Part shown: positions 27,617 through 38,856 of the stretch, in pieces | How positions within the stretch are numbered: the stretch's first letter is position 1 | How the letters are laid out: every line of letters begins with the position of its first letter | Source: Escherichia coli | GTDB lineage: Bacteria > Pseudomonadota > Gammaproteobacteria > Enterobacterales > Enterobacteriaceae | Reading direction: 5' to 3' (one strand) | Assembly: GCF_024298765.1 (NCBI RefSeq) | Contig: NZ_CP101210.1 | Length of the DNA: 64,000 nucleotides | Program-made: the position numbers and the translations under genes | Notes under the pieces: model-generated | The model's database searches: none | What the model saw: only the letters and a program-made list of their open reading frames with translations | What the model was told of the DNA's origin: nothing

Positions 27617-29350
27617 ATGCATTCCACAGAAGTCCAGGCTAAACCTCTTTTTAGCTGGAAAGCCCTGGGTTGGGCACTGCTCTACTTTTGGTTTTTCTCT
27701 ACTCTGCTACAGGCCATTATTTACATCAGTGGTTATAGTGGCACTAACGGCATTCGCGACTCGCTGTTATTCAGTTCGCTGTGGTTGATCCCGGTATTCC
27801 TCTTTCCGAAGCGGATTAAAATTATTGCCGCAGTGATCGGCGTGGTGCTATGGGCGGCCTCTCTGGCAGCGTTGTGCTACTACGTCATCTACGGTCAGGA
27901 GTTCTCGCAGAGCGTTCTGTTTGTGATGTTTGAAACCAACACCAACGAAGCCAGCGAGTATTTAAGCCAGTATTTCAGCCTGAAGATTGTGCTTATCGCG
28001 CTGGCCTATACGGCGGTGGCAGTTTTGCTGTGGACGCGCCTGCGCCCGGTCTATATTCCAAAGCCGTGGCGTTATGTTGTCTCTTTTGCCCTACTTTATG
28101 GCTTGATTCTGCATCCGATCGCCATGAATACGTTTATCAAAAACAAGCCATTTGAGAAAACGTTGGATAACCTGGCATCGCGTATGGAGCCTGCCGCACC
28201 GTGGCAATTCCTGACCGGCTATTATCAGTATCGTCAGCAACTAAACTCGCTAACAAAGCTACTGAATGAAAATAATGCCTTGCCGCCGCTGGCGAATTTC
28301 AAAGATGAATCGGGTAACGAACCGCGCACTTTAGTGCTGGTGATTGGCGAGTCGACCCAGCGTGGCCGCATGAGTCTGTACGGTTATCCGCGTGAAACCA
28401 CGCCGGAGCTGGATGCGCTGCATAAAACCGATCCGAATCTGACCGTGTTTAATAACGTGGTGACGTCTCGTCCGTACACCATTGAAATCCTGCAACAGGC
28501 GCTGACCTTTGCCAATGAAAAGAACCCGGATCTGTATCTGACGCAGCCGTCGCTGATGAACATGATGAAACAGGCGGGTTATAAAACCTTCTGGATCACC
28601 AACCAGCAGACGATGACCGCCCGCAATACCATGCTGACGGTATTTTCGCGCCAGACCGACAAGCAGTACTACATGAACCAGCAACGTACGCAGAGTGCGC
28701 GTGAATACGACACCAACGTGCTGAAGCCGTTCCAGGAAGTGCTGAATGACCCTGCGCCGAAGAAACTGATCATCGTTCATCTGCTGGGTACGCATATCAA
28801 ATACAAATACCGCTACCCGGAAAATCAGGGCAAGTTTGATGGCAATACCGATCATGTTCCGCCGGGATTAAGCGCAGAAGAACTGGAGTCATATAACGAT
28901 TATGACAACGCTAACTTGTATAACGATCACGTGGTTGCCAGCCTGATTAAAGACTTTAAAGCGACCGATCCGAACGGTTTCCTGGTTTATTTCTCTGACC
29001 ACGGTGAAGAGGTTTACGACACGCCGCCGCACAAAACTCAGGGGCGTAATGAAGACAACCCGACGCGTCATATGTACACCATTCCGTTCCTGCTGTGGAC
29101 GTCAGAAAAATGGCAAGCGACTCATCCGCGTGATTTCTCACAGGATGTTGATCGTAAATACAGCCTGGCGGAACTGATCCACACCTGGTCAGATTTAGCG
29201 GGCTTATCTTACGACGGTTACGATCCAACCCGTTCAGTGGTGAATCCGCAGTTCAAAGAAACTACCCGCTGGATTGGTAACCCGTACAAGAAAAACGCGC
29301 TGATCGATTACGACACTCTGCCGTATGGCGATCAGGTGGGTAATCAGTAA
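27617..29350 (+). CDS. eptC: phosphoethanolamine transferase (LPS core heptose I)
   Basis: ORF 27572..29350. The ATG at 27617 gives MHSTEVQAKPLFSWKALGWALLYFWFF..., 577 aa, with N-terminal TM helices and a sulfatase-fold domain (VLVIGESTQR). Confidence 0.93.
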   Translation: MHSTEVQAKPLFSWKALGWALLYFWFFSTLLQAIIYISGYSGTNGIRDSLLFSSLWLIPVFLFPKRIKIIAAVIGVVLWAASLAALCYYVIYGQEFSQSVLFVMFETNTNEASEYLSQYFSLKIVLIALAYTAVAVLLWTRLRPVYIPKPWRYVVSFALLYGLILHPIAMNTFIKNKPFEKTLDNLASRMEPAAPWQFLTGYYQYRQQLNSLTKLLNENNALPPLANFKDESGNEPRTLVLVIGESTQRGRMSLYGYPRETTPELDALHKTDPNLTVFNNVVTSRPYTIEILQQALTFANEKNPDLYLTQPSLMNMMKQAGYKTFWITNQQTMTARNTMLTVFSRQTDKQYYMNQQRTQSAREYDTNVLKPFQEVLNDPAPKKLIIVHLLGTHIKYKYRYPENQGKFDGNTDHVPPGLSAEELESYNDYDNANLYNDHVVASLIKDFKATDPNGFLVYFSDHGEEVYDTPPHKTQGRNEDNPTRHMYTIPFLLWTSEKWQATHPRDFSQDVDRKYSLAELIHTWSDLAGLSYDGYDPTRSVVNPQFKETTRWIGNPYKKNALIDYDTLPYGDQVGNQ

Positions 29351-29370
29351 TTATCAGCCAGATGTTATTT

Positions 29371-29451
<81 letters not shown>

Positions 29452-29499
29452 AATACAAGTCGACTGAAACTGCCGCAATGTTTACATCTCACTCCCATC

Positions 29500-29527
29500 A
29501 GGCCACACTTTTCAGGTGGCCTTTTTT
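29500..29527 (+). terminator. intrinsic terminator downstream of eptC
   Basis: aggccac-acttttcag-gtggcct followed by tttttt. Confidence 0.65.
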
Positions 29528-29574
29528 CATAATGCCAGTTACTGTTTTCCCGTCTACATACCTAAGGGAATAAC

Positions 29575-30426
29575 ATGTATCACGACGTCAGCTATCTGCT
29601 CTCCCGCCTGATCAACGGCCCGCTGTCCCTGCGCCAGATTTACTTTGCCAGCAGCAACGGCCCGGTACCCGATCTTGCGTATCAGGTCGATTTTCCACGG
29701 CTGGAAATTGTGCTGGAAGGTGAGTTTATTGATACCGGCGCTGGAGCAGCGTTAGTTCCCGGCGATGTGCTGTACGTCCCTGCTGGTGGCTGGAATTTTC
29801 CACAATGGCAAGCCCCCGCCACCACCTTTAGCGTGCTGTTTGGCAAACAGCAACTCGGCTTCAGCGTTGTGCAATGGGATGGCAAACAATATCAAAATCT
29901 GGCGAAGCAACACGTCGCCCGACGCGGCCCGCGCATTGGTTCTTTTCTGCTACAAACGCTCAATGAAATGCAAATGCAGTCGCAGGAGCAGCAAACGGCC
30001 AGACTTATCGTCGCCAGCCTGCTTAGCCACTGCCGCGATTTGCTCGGCAGCCAAATCCAGACCGCCTCACGCAGCCAGGCACTGTTCGAAGCTATTCGTG
30101 ATTATATCGACGAACGCTATGCCTCCGCGCTTACCCGCGAATCTGTCGCACAGGCATTCTATATTTCGCCAAATTACCTCTCGCACCTGTTTCAAAAAAC
30201 GGGGGCCATTGGTTTTAACGAATACCTGAATCACACGCGACTGGAGCACGCTAAGACGTTATTGAAAGGCTATGACCTGAAGGTAAAAGAAGTGGCGCAC
30301 GCCTGCGGCTTTGTCGACAGCAACTACTTCTGCCGTCTGTTTCGTAAAAATACCGAACGCTCGCCGTCGGAATATCGTCGGCAGTACCACAGCCAACTGA
30401 CAGAAAAACCGACTACTCCAGAATAA
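29575..30426 (+). CDS. yijO: AraC/XylS-family transcriptional regulator
   Basis: 283-aa ORF starting MYHDVSYLLSRLINGPLSLRQIYF..., with a C-terminal double HTH (SPNYLSHLFQK..., ACGFVDSNYFCRLFRKNTERSPSEYR). Confidence 0.9.
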   Translation: MYHDVSYLLSRLINGPLSLRQIYFASSNGPVPDLAYQVDFPRLEIVLEGEFIDTGAGAALVPGDVLYVPAGGWNFPQWQAPATTFSVLFGKQQLGFSVVQWDGKQYQNLAKQHVARRGPRIGSFLLQTLNEMQMQSQEQQTARLIVASLLSHCRDLLGSQIQTASRSQALFEAIRDYIDERYASALTRESVAQAFYISPNYLSHLFQKTGAIGFNEYLNHTRLEHAKTLLKGYDLKVKEVAHACGFVDSNYFCRLFRKNTERSPSEYRRQYHSQLTEKPTTPE

Positions 30427-30754
30427 GATGGGTTTGCTGCGGCGCAGAAAGCACTTTGCGCACTGCGCTCATCACCCTCTGCGGCTCACGCAGGAAAGCG
30501 TAGATGCTGCATTGCACGTAGCGACAATGTTCAAATCGCTCAGCACCGGCAAGCTCGATATCCGTAATTAACAGCGCAACATCCGCCCGGCGGATATCCT
30601 CGTCCGCTAAACGATTCTCCGTTCCCAACGCGCCCTGAGTTTCAATGCTAACGCCCCACTTCTCTAACTGGCACAACTTTTCCAGCCGTTCCGCCGCCAT
30701 ATAAGTATGCGCCACGCCGCTTACGCAGGCGGTTACTGCCACCAGGTATGCCAT
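30413..30754 (-). CDS. frwD: PTS fructose-like EIIB component 2
   Basis: ORF 30413..30838. The ATG at 30754 gives MAYLVAVTACVSGVAHTYMAAERLEK... (PTS IIB-Fru motif TAC..GVAHTYMAAE), 113 aa. Confidence 0.9.
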   Translation of the reverse strand: MAYLVAVTACVSGVAHTYMAAERLEKLCQLEKWGVSIETQGALGTENRLADEDIRRADVALLITDIELAGAERFEHCRYVQCSIYAFLREPQRVMSAVRKVLSAPQQTHLILE

Positions 30755-30755
30755 T

Positions 30756-31634
30756 TTAACCTCCCACGGTAACCTGAAATCCGGCCCGTTCTGCCATTTC
30801 ACGCATCGTTGCCACATCGGCTGACGACGGCGCAGCAACCTCTTTCATCGACCATGTTTTCCCCAGCAGGCGGTATTTCGGCTCGCCGTACTGATGAAAC
30901 GGTAACAGATGGATCTGCCTGATATTCAGCGGGATCAGCACGTCCAGCGCCTGCTGCATATTCTCCCGGCTGAGCGTGAAACCAGGGATCAGCGGTAAAC
31001 GCGGGATCACGTTGACACCCTCACTCACCAGCAAACGCAGATTCTCCAGCACGCGTTGCAGGTTCATCTTCACCACATCCCGCGCCTGAGCCGCATCCAT
31101 AATTTTTAAATCGAACAACACTTCATCGCACAATTTCGCCAGCGGTAACAGCTTGCTGGCTGGCGCGTCTCCGGCAGTTTCGATGGCGCATGACACACCC
31201 CATAGCCGCAGTCGCTGTAAAAAACGGGTCGCAAACTCCGCCTGCATTAACACTTCGCCGCCAGAAAGCGTGACGCCACCGCCGGACGTGCGAAAGAAAA
31301 TGTCATCTTTCATCACTTCCCGTTCCAGAGCGTCAAGACTGATATCGCGGCCAATCCGTTCAAATGCCCCGGAGGGGCATTCATCCGCATCACGCAAACA
31401 TTTCGCGCAGTGCAGACATTTCGCCTCTCTGCGCACCGTCTGGATTTTGCCGGAGATCGACTCCGGATTAGCACACCATGGGCAAAGATGCGGACAGCCT
31501 TTAAAAAAGACCACCGTACGAATGCCCTCGCCGTCATTCAGTGAATAACGCTGAATGTTGAAAATGCGCGCCACATCATCGCGGCGCGTTTCCACAACGT
31601 TACAGCTGATGCGCTGTCCGGCGGATGATGTCAT
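30756..31634 (-). CDS. pflC: glycyl-radical enzyme activating protein (radical SAM)
   Basis: ORF 30756..31703. The ATG at 31634 gives MTSSAGQRISCNVVETRRDDVARIFNIQRYSLNDGEGIRTVVFFKGCPHLCPWCANPE... (CxxxCxxC cluster plus ferredoxin-like Cys motifs), 292 aa. Confidence 0.92.
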   Translation of the reverse strand: MTSSAGQRISCNVVETRRDDVARIFNIQRYSLNDGEGIRTVVFFKGCPHLCPWCANPESISGKIQTVRREAKCLHCAKCLRDADECPSGAFERIGRDISLDALEREVMKDDIFFRTSGGGVTLSGGEVLMQAEFATRFLQRLRLWGVSCAIETAGDAPASKLLPLAKLCDEVLFDLKIMDAAQARDVVKMNLQRVLENLRLLVSEGVNVIPRLPLIPGFTLSRENMQQALDVLIPLNIRQIHLLPFHQYGEPKYRLLGKTWSMKEVAAPSSADVATMREMAERAGFQVTVGG

Positions 31635-33897
31635 CCTGGATCTCCTTCGACAGTTCGACAAAGAAGGCGCTGTATCCGGCAACGCGCACCACCAGCCCGG
31701 CATAATCTTGTGGGCGCTGTTGCGCTTCCCGCAACGTGTCGGCGTTCACCACGTTAAACTGAATATGCTGCAACTTAAGCTGGGTAAACGCCCGTAAGAA
31801 GTCGGCCAGTTTGCGTAATCCCGCTTCACCTTCCAGGGTCGCCGGAGTGAATTTCACGTTCAGCAACGTACCGTTAGACAGCAGCGTATTATCGAGCTTA
31901 CTGACTGATTTCAGTACCGCCGTTGGCCCTTGTGCATCCTGACCCAGCATGGGTGACAAGCCACCGTCTGCCAGTTGTTCCCCGGCAAAACGACCGTCTG
32001 GCGTCGCGCCAACCACCGATCCCAACGGGACGTGGGCAGAAACGGTATACGATCCCGGCGTGAAGTAGCCGCCGCGCGGGTTCTGGTATTTTTCCACTTC
32101 TTTGCAGTAGTGGCGTAACAGTTCGGCGCTAATGTTATCCACCTCGTCGATATCGTTACCGTATTTCTCGAAGCGGTTAATTAAGCGAGCGCGGACTTTT
32201 TCGCCTTCTGGCGTGGCGAAGTTGGCTTTTAATACCGACAGCAATTCGTCAAAACTTAAACGCTGTTGATCAAAAATCATCCCTTTCAACGCATGGAGAG
32301 AATCGCTCAGGTTGGCGATACCGATCCCCTGTACGCCGGAGAAGTTATAACGCGCGCCGCCATCGGTAATATCGCGACCTTTTTCCAGACAATCGCTGAT
32401 AAAAGACGAGAGTAGCGGTACAGGAGCCCAGTCGCGATGGCCGATATCACAAATATTGCTGCCCTCAACCATCAGGGTGATGTAGTGGCTGATCTTGGCG
32501 CGGATCTGTTCCAGTAAACCTTCATAAGTCAGCGCAGCGTTGCCTTCATTTTCATGCAGGCAGATTTCCATCACTTTCAGCAGGTTAAACATCGCGATGT
32601 CATGCAAGCCGTAGGTTCTGCCGGGAATAGATAATTCCACACAGCCCACTACGGAATAGTCGCGCGCATCTTCCAGCGAAACGCCACGGTTGAGGAACGC
32701 TGGCACCACCACTTCATCGTTAAAGATTTGCGGAATACCGGTGCCGAGGCGAATGGTTTCTGCGGTTTTCATCAGGAACGGCGTGTCGATCAAGGCGTTA
32801 GTGCGCACGCCGAGGTTCGGTTGCGGTAATTGCACGCTTTGATAAGCGTCAAGGCAAAGGAACGAAAGCACGTTCACCGCGCTACGTCCGTTCTCGGTTA
32901 ACCCGCCGAGCAGTGCGGTATAGCCGGTAGGGAAACCTGCGAAATAACGCGCGCTACTGGTGGAGCGCAACAGCACGATGTCGTTGCATTTCACCCATAA
33001 AGATTCGAGCAGTTCTTTCAGGAATGCCGGATCTTCGTCCTGGGTTAATGATGCCTGATAGAACGGCAACATATACTGGTCGAAGCGCCCCAACGATAGC
33101 GAACTGGCGTTGGATTCGTATTGCAGAATGATGTTCATGTACCAGAATAACTGGCACGCCTGCCAGAACGTCTGCGGCTTATGTTCGGCGTTATGGCGGG
33201 AGATCTCCGCAATGGTCAGCAGTTCTTCGCGACGCTGGCCATCAGTGCAGCTTGCCGCCATCGTTTCCGCCAGTTCGGCGTAACGCAAAATATGTTTCTG
33301 CGAGGCTTCCAGCAGTAACAGCGCTGCCTGATAAAAGTGATTCTCCGGCTGTTGCTGACAATGTTGCTGCATCTGTGCCACCAGCTCCCCCAGCCCGTGA
33401 TTCAGCAGGCGCGGGTAATCAATAATAATGTGCCCCTGGCCTTTATCCGTCTGGTTGATGCTGAAAATCTGCGTGCTGGTCGCGGCTTTTACTTCATCCG
33501 TCATCTGCCCGTTGATGAAATCTTTCATCGAACGTTTTTCCCAGTACGGGAACAACTCTTCGCGGTAGATACGTTTATCTTCTTCGCTGATAGCAAAGCG
33601 GTCCTGCGGACGCGTCGGGAATTGATCCAGCTCTTTCAGCAGCCAGTAAGGGTCCATTTCCGGCGACATAATCCCGGCGCGCGGTTTTACGGTGCGGTTA
33701 CCGGCAATCAGTTCTTCATCACGAATCGAAATTTCAACGTGTTCAAGGATATACGCTGTTGCTTTCGCCCGACGCATTATCACCGGCTCCCCTTCGGTTT
33801 GCCGATGGCTGGCGGTATAAAGCAACGCCCGCTCCAGCGAGATTTCACGGGTATTGGCAAACAGTGCAGTTTTGAGGCGAGAGATACGATTCGTCAT
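31600..33897 (-). CDS. pflD: glycyl-radical enzyme, pyruvate formate-lyase-like (substrate unknown)
   Basis: 765-aa ORF starting MTNRISRLKTALFANTREISLERALLYT..., with the C-terminal glycyl-radical motif VVRVAGYSAFF. Confidence 0.94.
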   Translation of the reverse strand: MTNRISRLKTALFANTREISLERALLYTASHRQTEGEPVIMRRAKATAYILEHVEISIRDEELIAGNRTVKPRAGIMSPEMDPYWLLKELDQFPTRPQDRFAISEEDKRIYREELFPYWEKRSMKDFINGQMTDEVKAATSTQIFSINQTDKGQGHIIIDYPRLLNHGLGELVAQMQQHCQQQPENHFYQAALLLLEASQKHILRYAELAETMAASCTDGQRREELLTIAEISRHNAEHKPQTFWQACQLFWYMNIILQYESNASSLSLGRFDQYMLPFYQASLTQDEDPAFLKELLESLWVKCNDIVLLRSTSSARYFAGFPTGYTALLGGLTENGRSAVNVLSFLCLDAYQSVQLPQPNLGVRTNALIDTPFLMKTAETIRLGTGIPQIFNDEVVVPAFLNRGVSLEDARDYSVVGCVELSIPGRTYGLHDIAMFNLLKVMEICLHENEGNAALTYEGLLEQIRAKISHYITLMVEGSNICDIGHRDWAPVPLLSSFISDCLEKGRDITDGGARYNFSGVQGIGIANLSDSLHALKGMIFDQQRLSFDELLSVLKANFATPEGEKVRARLINRFEKYGNDIDEVDNISAELLRHYCKEVEKYQNPRGGYFTPGSYTVSAHVPLGSVVGATPDGRFAGEQLADGGLSPMLGQDAQGPTAVLKSVSKLDNTLLSNGTLLNVKFTPATLEGEAGLRKLADFLRAFTQLKLQHIQFNVVNADTLREAQQRPQDYAGLVVRVAGYSAFFVELSKEIQDDIIRRTAHQL

Positions 33898-33947
33898 GAG
33901 GAACTCCTGTGGGAAAGCGAACCCGCCCTTGCGGGCGGGATAAGAAC

Positions 33948-34268
33948 TTAAGCGGTTTGTGCCAGGTGAGCTTCAATTTTGCTCATAATGGCGTCAGCAC
34001 GTTTTACTGCGTCGCTGATGTTGACACGCACGATAGTCTTGCCAGCAAAACGCTCTTCAAATTTGATGCCGATATCTTTGGTCAAAATCACCATATCGGC
34101 GCTTGCCACGTCTTCCGCAGTCAGTTCATTTTCCAGACCAATCGACCCCTGGGTTTCTACTTTCACTTCCCAGCCTTTCGCTTTCGCGGCGCTTTCCAGC
34201 GCCTCTGCCGCCATATAAGTATGGGCAACACCTGAAGGACATGCGGTTACTGCGATAATTTTCGTCAT
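33948..34268 (-). CDS. frwB: PTS fructose-like EIIB component
   Basis: 106-aa ORF starting MTKIIAVTACPSGVAHTYMAAEALESAAKAKGWEVKVETQG... Confidence 0.92.
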   Translation of the reverse strand: MTKIIAVTACPSGVAHTYMAAEALESAAKAKGWEVKVETQGSIGLENELTAEDVASADMVILTKDIGIKFEERFAGKTIVRVNISDAVKRADAIMSKIEAHLAQTA

Positions 34269-34282
34269 GGCTCGTTCCTCAA

Positions 34283-35362
34283 TTAATTAATTTCAAAATC
34301 CAGATCCAGGTCGTCTTCCTTCTCTTCAGTTGAAGACCCATTTTTACGCGCCAGACTTTTCAGCACGTTCACGCAGACTGCCGTCACAACCGCCCCGACA
34401 GCCACTGCCGCGATGTAACCCAACTTACCTTCAACCACCGGCAGCACAATCAGACCACCCCAGCCTGCATAGCACTGCGCACCGACCAGCGCCGCAGTTA
34501 CCGCACTACAAACTGAACCGACCATGATGGAAGGAATGACACGCAGCGGATCGGCAGCGGCGAAAGGAATCGCCCCTTCAGTAACGCCAACACAGCCCAT
34601 CACCAGTGCCGCCTTGCCGGTTTCGCGCTCTTCTGCGGAGAAATTTTTACGACCAATCAGCGTCGCCAGCCCCATCCCCAGCGGTGGAACACAAATCCCA
34701 ACAGCGGCAATAGCCACCACGGTATAAACACCCTGAGCAACGCAAATCAGCATGAAGGCATAGGCCACTTTGTTAACCGGGCCGCCCATATCGAACGCCA
34801 GCATCAGACCCATGATCACCGCCAGCATAACAATGCTGCCCTGCTGCATCCCCTGAAGCCACTGGGTCAGGCTGTTGGTCAACGCCCCCACCGGCTCGCC
34901 CAGCCCCCACATCATGACGCCAGCGGTAATCAGTGTGCCGACGATTGGAATGATGAAGATTGGCATCACCGAGCGCAGAACTTTATGCACCGGAATTTTC
35001 TTCAGGTAATGCACCACGATGCCGCCGATAATCCCGGCGATCAGCGCACCAAAGAAGCCCGCGCCAAAGCTGTTACCAACCCAGGCACCGATAGCGCATG
35101 GAGCCAGCGCAGAACGTTCTGCAATGGAATAACCGATGTAAGCGGCGAGGAAAGGCACCATCAGCGTCAAACCTGCAACGCCGATATCAAACAGTTTTTT
35201 CAGATTCGGATCGGCTACGGCATCCGGCACTGCGCCTTTGCCATACAACATGACGGAAACCGCCAGCAAAATACCGCCCGATACCACGAAGGGAATCATG
35301 TGTGAAACGCCCGTCATTAAATGCTGACGGGTATTTTTCAGGATCTGCACCAACTCATTCAT
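34283..35362 (-). CDS. frwC: PTS fructose-like EIIC permease
   Basis: 359-aa polytopic membrane ORF starting MNELVQILKNTRQHLMTGVSHMIPFVVSGGILLA... Confidence 0.92.
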   Translation of the reverse strand: MNELVQILKNTRQHLMTGVSHMIPFVVSGGILLAVSVMLYGKGAVPDAVADPNLKKLFDIGVAGLTLMVPFLAAYIGYSIAERSALAPCAIGAWVGNSFGAGFFGALIAGIIGGIVVHYLKKIPVHKVLRSVMPIFIIPIVGTLITAGVMMWGLGEPVGALTNSLTQWLQGMQQGSIVMLAVIMGLMLAFDMGGPVNKVAYAFMLICVAQGVYTVVAIAAVGICVPPLGMGLATLIGRKNFSAEERETGKAALVMGCVGVTEGAIPFAAADPLRVIPSIMVGSVCSAVTAALVGAQCYAGWGGLIVLPVVEGKLGYIAAVAVGAVVTAVCVNVLKSLARKNGSSTEEKEDDLDLDFEIN

Positions 35363-35670
35363 AAGCTGCTCCCGGGCTTGCGAAAGCCCATGTCCATATT
35401 TTTGATGGAAGAAACAATAGGCAATCGCAGGCGGAGCAAACAGTGGATAAAAAGGCCATTTACTGGACTTTTGTAATATCAGTACAAAAATGCGATCCGC
35501 CTCATAACTTGCGATAATCCGGAAGCATGCCGCAAAACGGCGTCTTGTGAGACGCGTCGCAAATTGACGGTTACATTACATTTGTCCAGCTTTTGGCAGA
35601 TTTGTCACATGGCAGGCCGTTACCGTGCGCTCTTATCCTGTAAACAGAAAACCGTACCGGGAGAAAGGCA

Positions 35671-38172
35671 ATGGCCCTGATTGTGGAATTTATTTGTGAG
35701 CTACCTAACGGCGTCCATGCGCGTCCGGCAAGCCACGTTGAAACGCTGTGTAATACTTTTTCATCACAAATTGAGTGGCATAACCTGCGCACTGACCGCA
35801 AGGGCAACGCCAAAAGCGCCCTTGCGCTGATTGGCACCGATACGCTGGTGGGCGATAACTGCCAGTTACTGATTTCCGGGGCCGACGAACAGGAAGCGCA
35901 CCAGCGTTTAAGCCAGTGGCTGCGCGATGAATTCCCCCACTGCGACGCACCGCTGGCGGAAGTAAAATCTGACGAACTGGAACCACTGCCGATTTCACTG
36001 ACCAATCTGAATCCGCAAATTATCCGTGCTCGCATCGTGTGCAGCGGTAGCGCAGGCGGCATTCTGACGCCGATCTCTTCTTTAGATCTCAATGCGCTGG
36101 GTAATCTTCCCGCAGCCAAAGGCGTTGACGCCGAACAATCCGCACTGGAAAACGGTCTGACGCTGGTACTGAAAAACATAGAGTTTCGTCTGCTGGATAG
36201 CGACGGTGCTACCAGCGCGATTCTGGAAGCGCACCGATCCCTGGCTGGCGATACTTCCCTGCGCGAACATTTACTGGCAGGTGTCAGCGCCGGATTAAGC
36301 TGCGCCGAAGCGATTGTTGCCAGTGCGAATCACTTTTGCGAAGAGTTCGCCCGTTCCAGCAGCAGCTACCTGCAAGAACGTGCCCTGGACGTACGCGACG
36401 TCTGCTTCCAGTTACTCCAGCAAATCTACGGTGAGCAACGCTTCCCGGCACCGGGCAAACTGACGCAGCCCGCCATTTGTATGGCTGATGAACTGACCCC
36501 CAGCCAGTTCCTCGAACTGGATAAAAATCACCTCAAAGGTCTATTACTGAAAAGTGGCGGCACCACCTCACATACGGTGATCCTTGCCCGTTCGTTCAAC
36601 ATTCCGACGCTGGTAGGTGTGGATATTGATGCCCTTACTCCGTGGCAGCATCAAACGATTTATATCGACGGCAACGCAGGGGCGATTGTGGTTGAGCCAG
36701 GGGAAGCCGTGGCCCGTTATTATCAGCAAGAAGCCCGCGTACAGGACGCCCTGCGTGAGCAACAGCGTGTCTGGCTGACCCAACAAGCCCGTACCGCTGA
36801 CGGTATCCGCATTGAAATTGCCGCTAACATCGCTCACTCCGTGGAAGCGCAGGCCGCATTCGGCAATGGTGCGGAAGGCGTTGGTTTATTCCGCACTGAA
36901 ATGCTCTATATGGATCGCACCAGTGCACCGGGCGAAAGCGAGCTGTACAACATTTTTTGTCAGGCGCTGGAGTCCGCCAACGGACGCAGCATTATTGTGC
37001 GCACTATGGATATTGGCGGTGACAAACCCGTTGATTATCTGAATATTCCCGCAGAGGCAAACCCGTTCCTCGGTTATCGCGCGGTGCGTATTTATGAAGA
37101 ATACGCGTCGTTGTTTACCACACAACTACGGTCGATCCTGCGCGCCTCTGCTCACGGCAGCCTGAAAATCATGATCCCGATGATCTCCTCAATGGAAGAG
37201 ATCTTATGGGTGAAAGAAAAACTGGCGGAAGCCAAACAGCAACTGCGTAACGAACACATTCCGTTTGATGAGAAGATTCCACTCGGCATCATGCTGGAAG
37301 TGCCGTCGGTGATGTTCATCATCGATCAATGCTGCGAAGAGATTGATTTCTTTAGTATTGGTAGTAATGACCTGACGCAATATCTACTGGCAGTGGATCG
37401 CGATAACGCTAAGGTGACTCGTCACTACAACAGCCTGAATCCAGCATTCTTGCGGGCGCTCGATTACGCCGTGCAGGCGGTGCATCGCCAGGGCAAATGG
37501 ATTGGTCTGTGCGGTGAACTGGGAGCGAAAGGTTCCGTGCTGCCGTTGCTGGTCGGTTTAGGGCTGGATGAACTCAGCATGAGCGCACCATCAATTCCGG
37601 CGGCGAAAGCGCGGATGGCGCAACTTGATAGCCGTGAGTGCCGCAAGTTGCTCAACCAGGCAATGGCCTGCCGTACTTCGCTGGAAGTGGAACACCTGCT
37701 GGCGCAATTCCGCATGACCCAACAAGACGCACCGCTGGTCACCGCCGAGTGCATCACACTGGAAAGCGACTGGCGCAGCAAAGAAGAAGTGCTCAAAGGC
37801 ATGACCGATAACCTGCTGCTGGCGGGCCGCTGTCGCTATCCGCGTAAACTGGAAGCCGACTTGTGGGCGCGCGAGGCCGTTTTCTCTACCGGTCTGGGCT
37901 TTAGTTTTGCCATTCCCCACAGCAAATCAGAACACATTGAGCAATCCACCATCAGCGTGGCGCGTCTGGCAGCGCCGGTGCGCTGGGGCGATGATGAAGC
38001 GCAATTCATCATTATGTTAACCCTGAACAAACATGCTGCGGGCGATCAGCACATGCGCATTTTCTCGCGCCTCGCTCGTCGCATCATGCACGAAGAATTC
38101 CGTAACGCGCTGGTTAACGCCGCCTCTGCCGACGCTATCGCCAGCCTGCTGCAACATGAACTGGAACTGTAA
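35671..38172 (+). CDS. ptsA: multiphosphoryl transfer protein (HPr-like + Enzyme I-like + EIIA-Fru-like domains)
   Basis: 833-aa ORF. N-terminus resembles HPr (NGVHARPAS). The middle carries the EI signature [13 protein letters not shown]. The C-terminus has an EIIA-type motif (AIPHSKSEH). Confidence 0.93.
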   Translation: MALIVEFICELPNGVHARPASHVETLCNTFSSQIEWHNLRTDRKGNAKSALALIGTDTLVGDNCQLLISGADEQEAHQRLSQWLRDEFPHCDAPLAEVKSDELEPLPISLTNLNPQIIRARIVCSGSAGGILTPISSLDLNALGNLPAAKGVDAEQSALENGLTLVLKNIEFRLLDSDGATSAILEAHRSLAGDTSLREHLLAGVSAGLSCAEAIVASANHFCEEFARSSSSYLQERALDVRDVCFQLLQQIYGEQRFPAPGKLTQPAICMADELTPSQFLELDKNHLKGLLLKSGGTTSHTVILARSFNIPTLVGVDIDALTPWQHQTIYIDGNAGAIVVEPGEAVARYYQQEARVQDALREQQRVWLTQQARTADGIRIEIAANIAHSVEAQAAFGNGAEGVGLFRTEMLYMDRTSAPGESELYNIFCQALESANGRSIIVRTMDIGGDKPVDYLNIPAEANPFLGYRAVRIYEEYASLFTTQLRSILRASAHGSLKIMIPMISSMEEILWVKEKLAEAKQQLRNEHIPFDEKIPLGIMLEVPSVMFIIDQCCEEIDFFSIGSNDLTQYLLAVDRDNAKVTRHYNSLNPAFLRALDYAVQAVHRQGKWIGLCGELGAKGSVLPLLVGLGLDELSMSAPSIPAAKARMAQLDSRECRKLLNQAMACRTSLEVEHLLAQFRMTQQDAPLVTAECITLESDWRSKEEVLKGMTDNLLLAGRCRYPRKLEADLWAREAVFSTGLGFSFAIPHSKSEHIEQSTISVARLAAPVRWGDDEAQFIIMLTLNKHAAGDQHMRIFSRLARRIMHEEFRNALVNAASADAIASLLQHELEL

Positions 38173-38183
38173 AAGGAAACATC

Positions 38184-38846
38184 ATGGAACTGTATCTGGA
38201 CACCGCTAACGTCGCAGAAGTCGAACGTCTGGCACGCATATTCCCGATTGCCGGGGTGACAACTAACCCGAGCATTATCGCTGCCAGCAAGGAGTCCATC
38301 TGGGAAGTGCTGCCGCGCCTTCAAAAAGCGATCGGTGATGAGGGAATTCTGTTTGCTCAGACCATGAGCCGCGACGCGCAGGGTATGGTGAAAGAAGCGA
38401 AACGCCTGCGCGACGCTATTCCGGGCATTGTGGTTAAAATTCCGGTAACCTCTGAAGGTCTGGCAGCAATTAAAATGCTGAAGAAAGAAGGCATTACTAC
38501 GCTGGGAACCGCAGTGTACAGCGCAGCGCAAGGATTACTGGCGGCGCTGGCTGGAGCCAAATACGTTGCTCCATACGTTAACCGCGTAGATGCCCAGGGC
38601 GGTGACGGCATTCGTACTGTACAGGAGCTGCAAGCGCTGTTGGAAATGCATGCGCCAGAAAGCATGGTGCTGGCTGCCAGCTTTAAAACACCACGTCAGG
38701 CGCTGGACTGTTTACTGGCAGGATGTGAATCCATCACCCTGCCCTTAGATGTAGCGCAACAAATGCTCAACACCCCTGCGGTAGAGTCAGCTATAGAGAA
38801 GTTCGAACACGACTGGAATGCCGCATTTGGCACTACTCATCTCTAA
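38184..38846 (+). CDS. fsaB: fructose-6-phosphate aldolase 2
   Basis: 220-aa ORF starting [33 protein letters not shown]..., with the transaldolase-like fold Schiff-base lysine context VVKIPVT. Confidence 0.94.
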   Translation: MELYLDTANVAEVERLARIFPIAGVTTNPSIIAASKESIWEVLPRLQKAIGDEGILFAQTMSRDAQGMVKEAKRLRDAIPGIVVKIPVTSEGLAAIKMLKKEGITTLGTAVYSAAQGLLAALAGAKYVAPYVNRVDAQGGDGIRTVQELQALLEMHAPESMVLAASFKTPRQALDCLLAGCESITLPLDVAQQMLNTPAVESAIEKFEHDWNAAFGTTHL

Positions 38847-38856
38847 AGGAGCAATT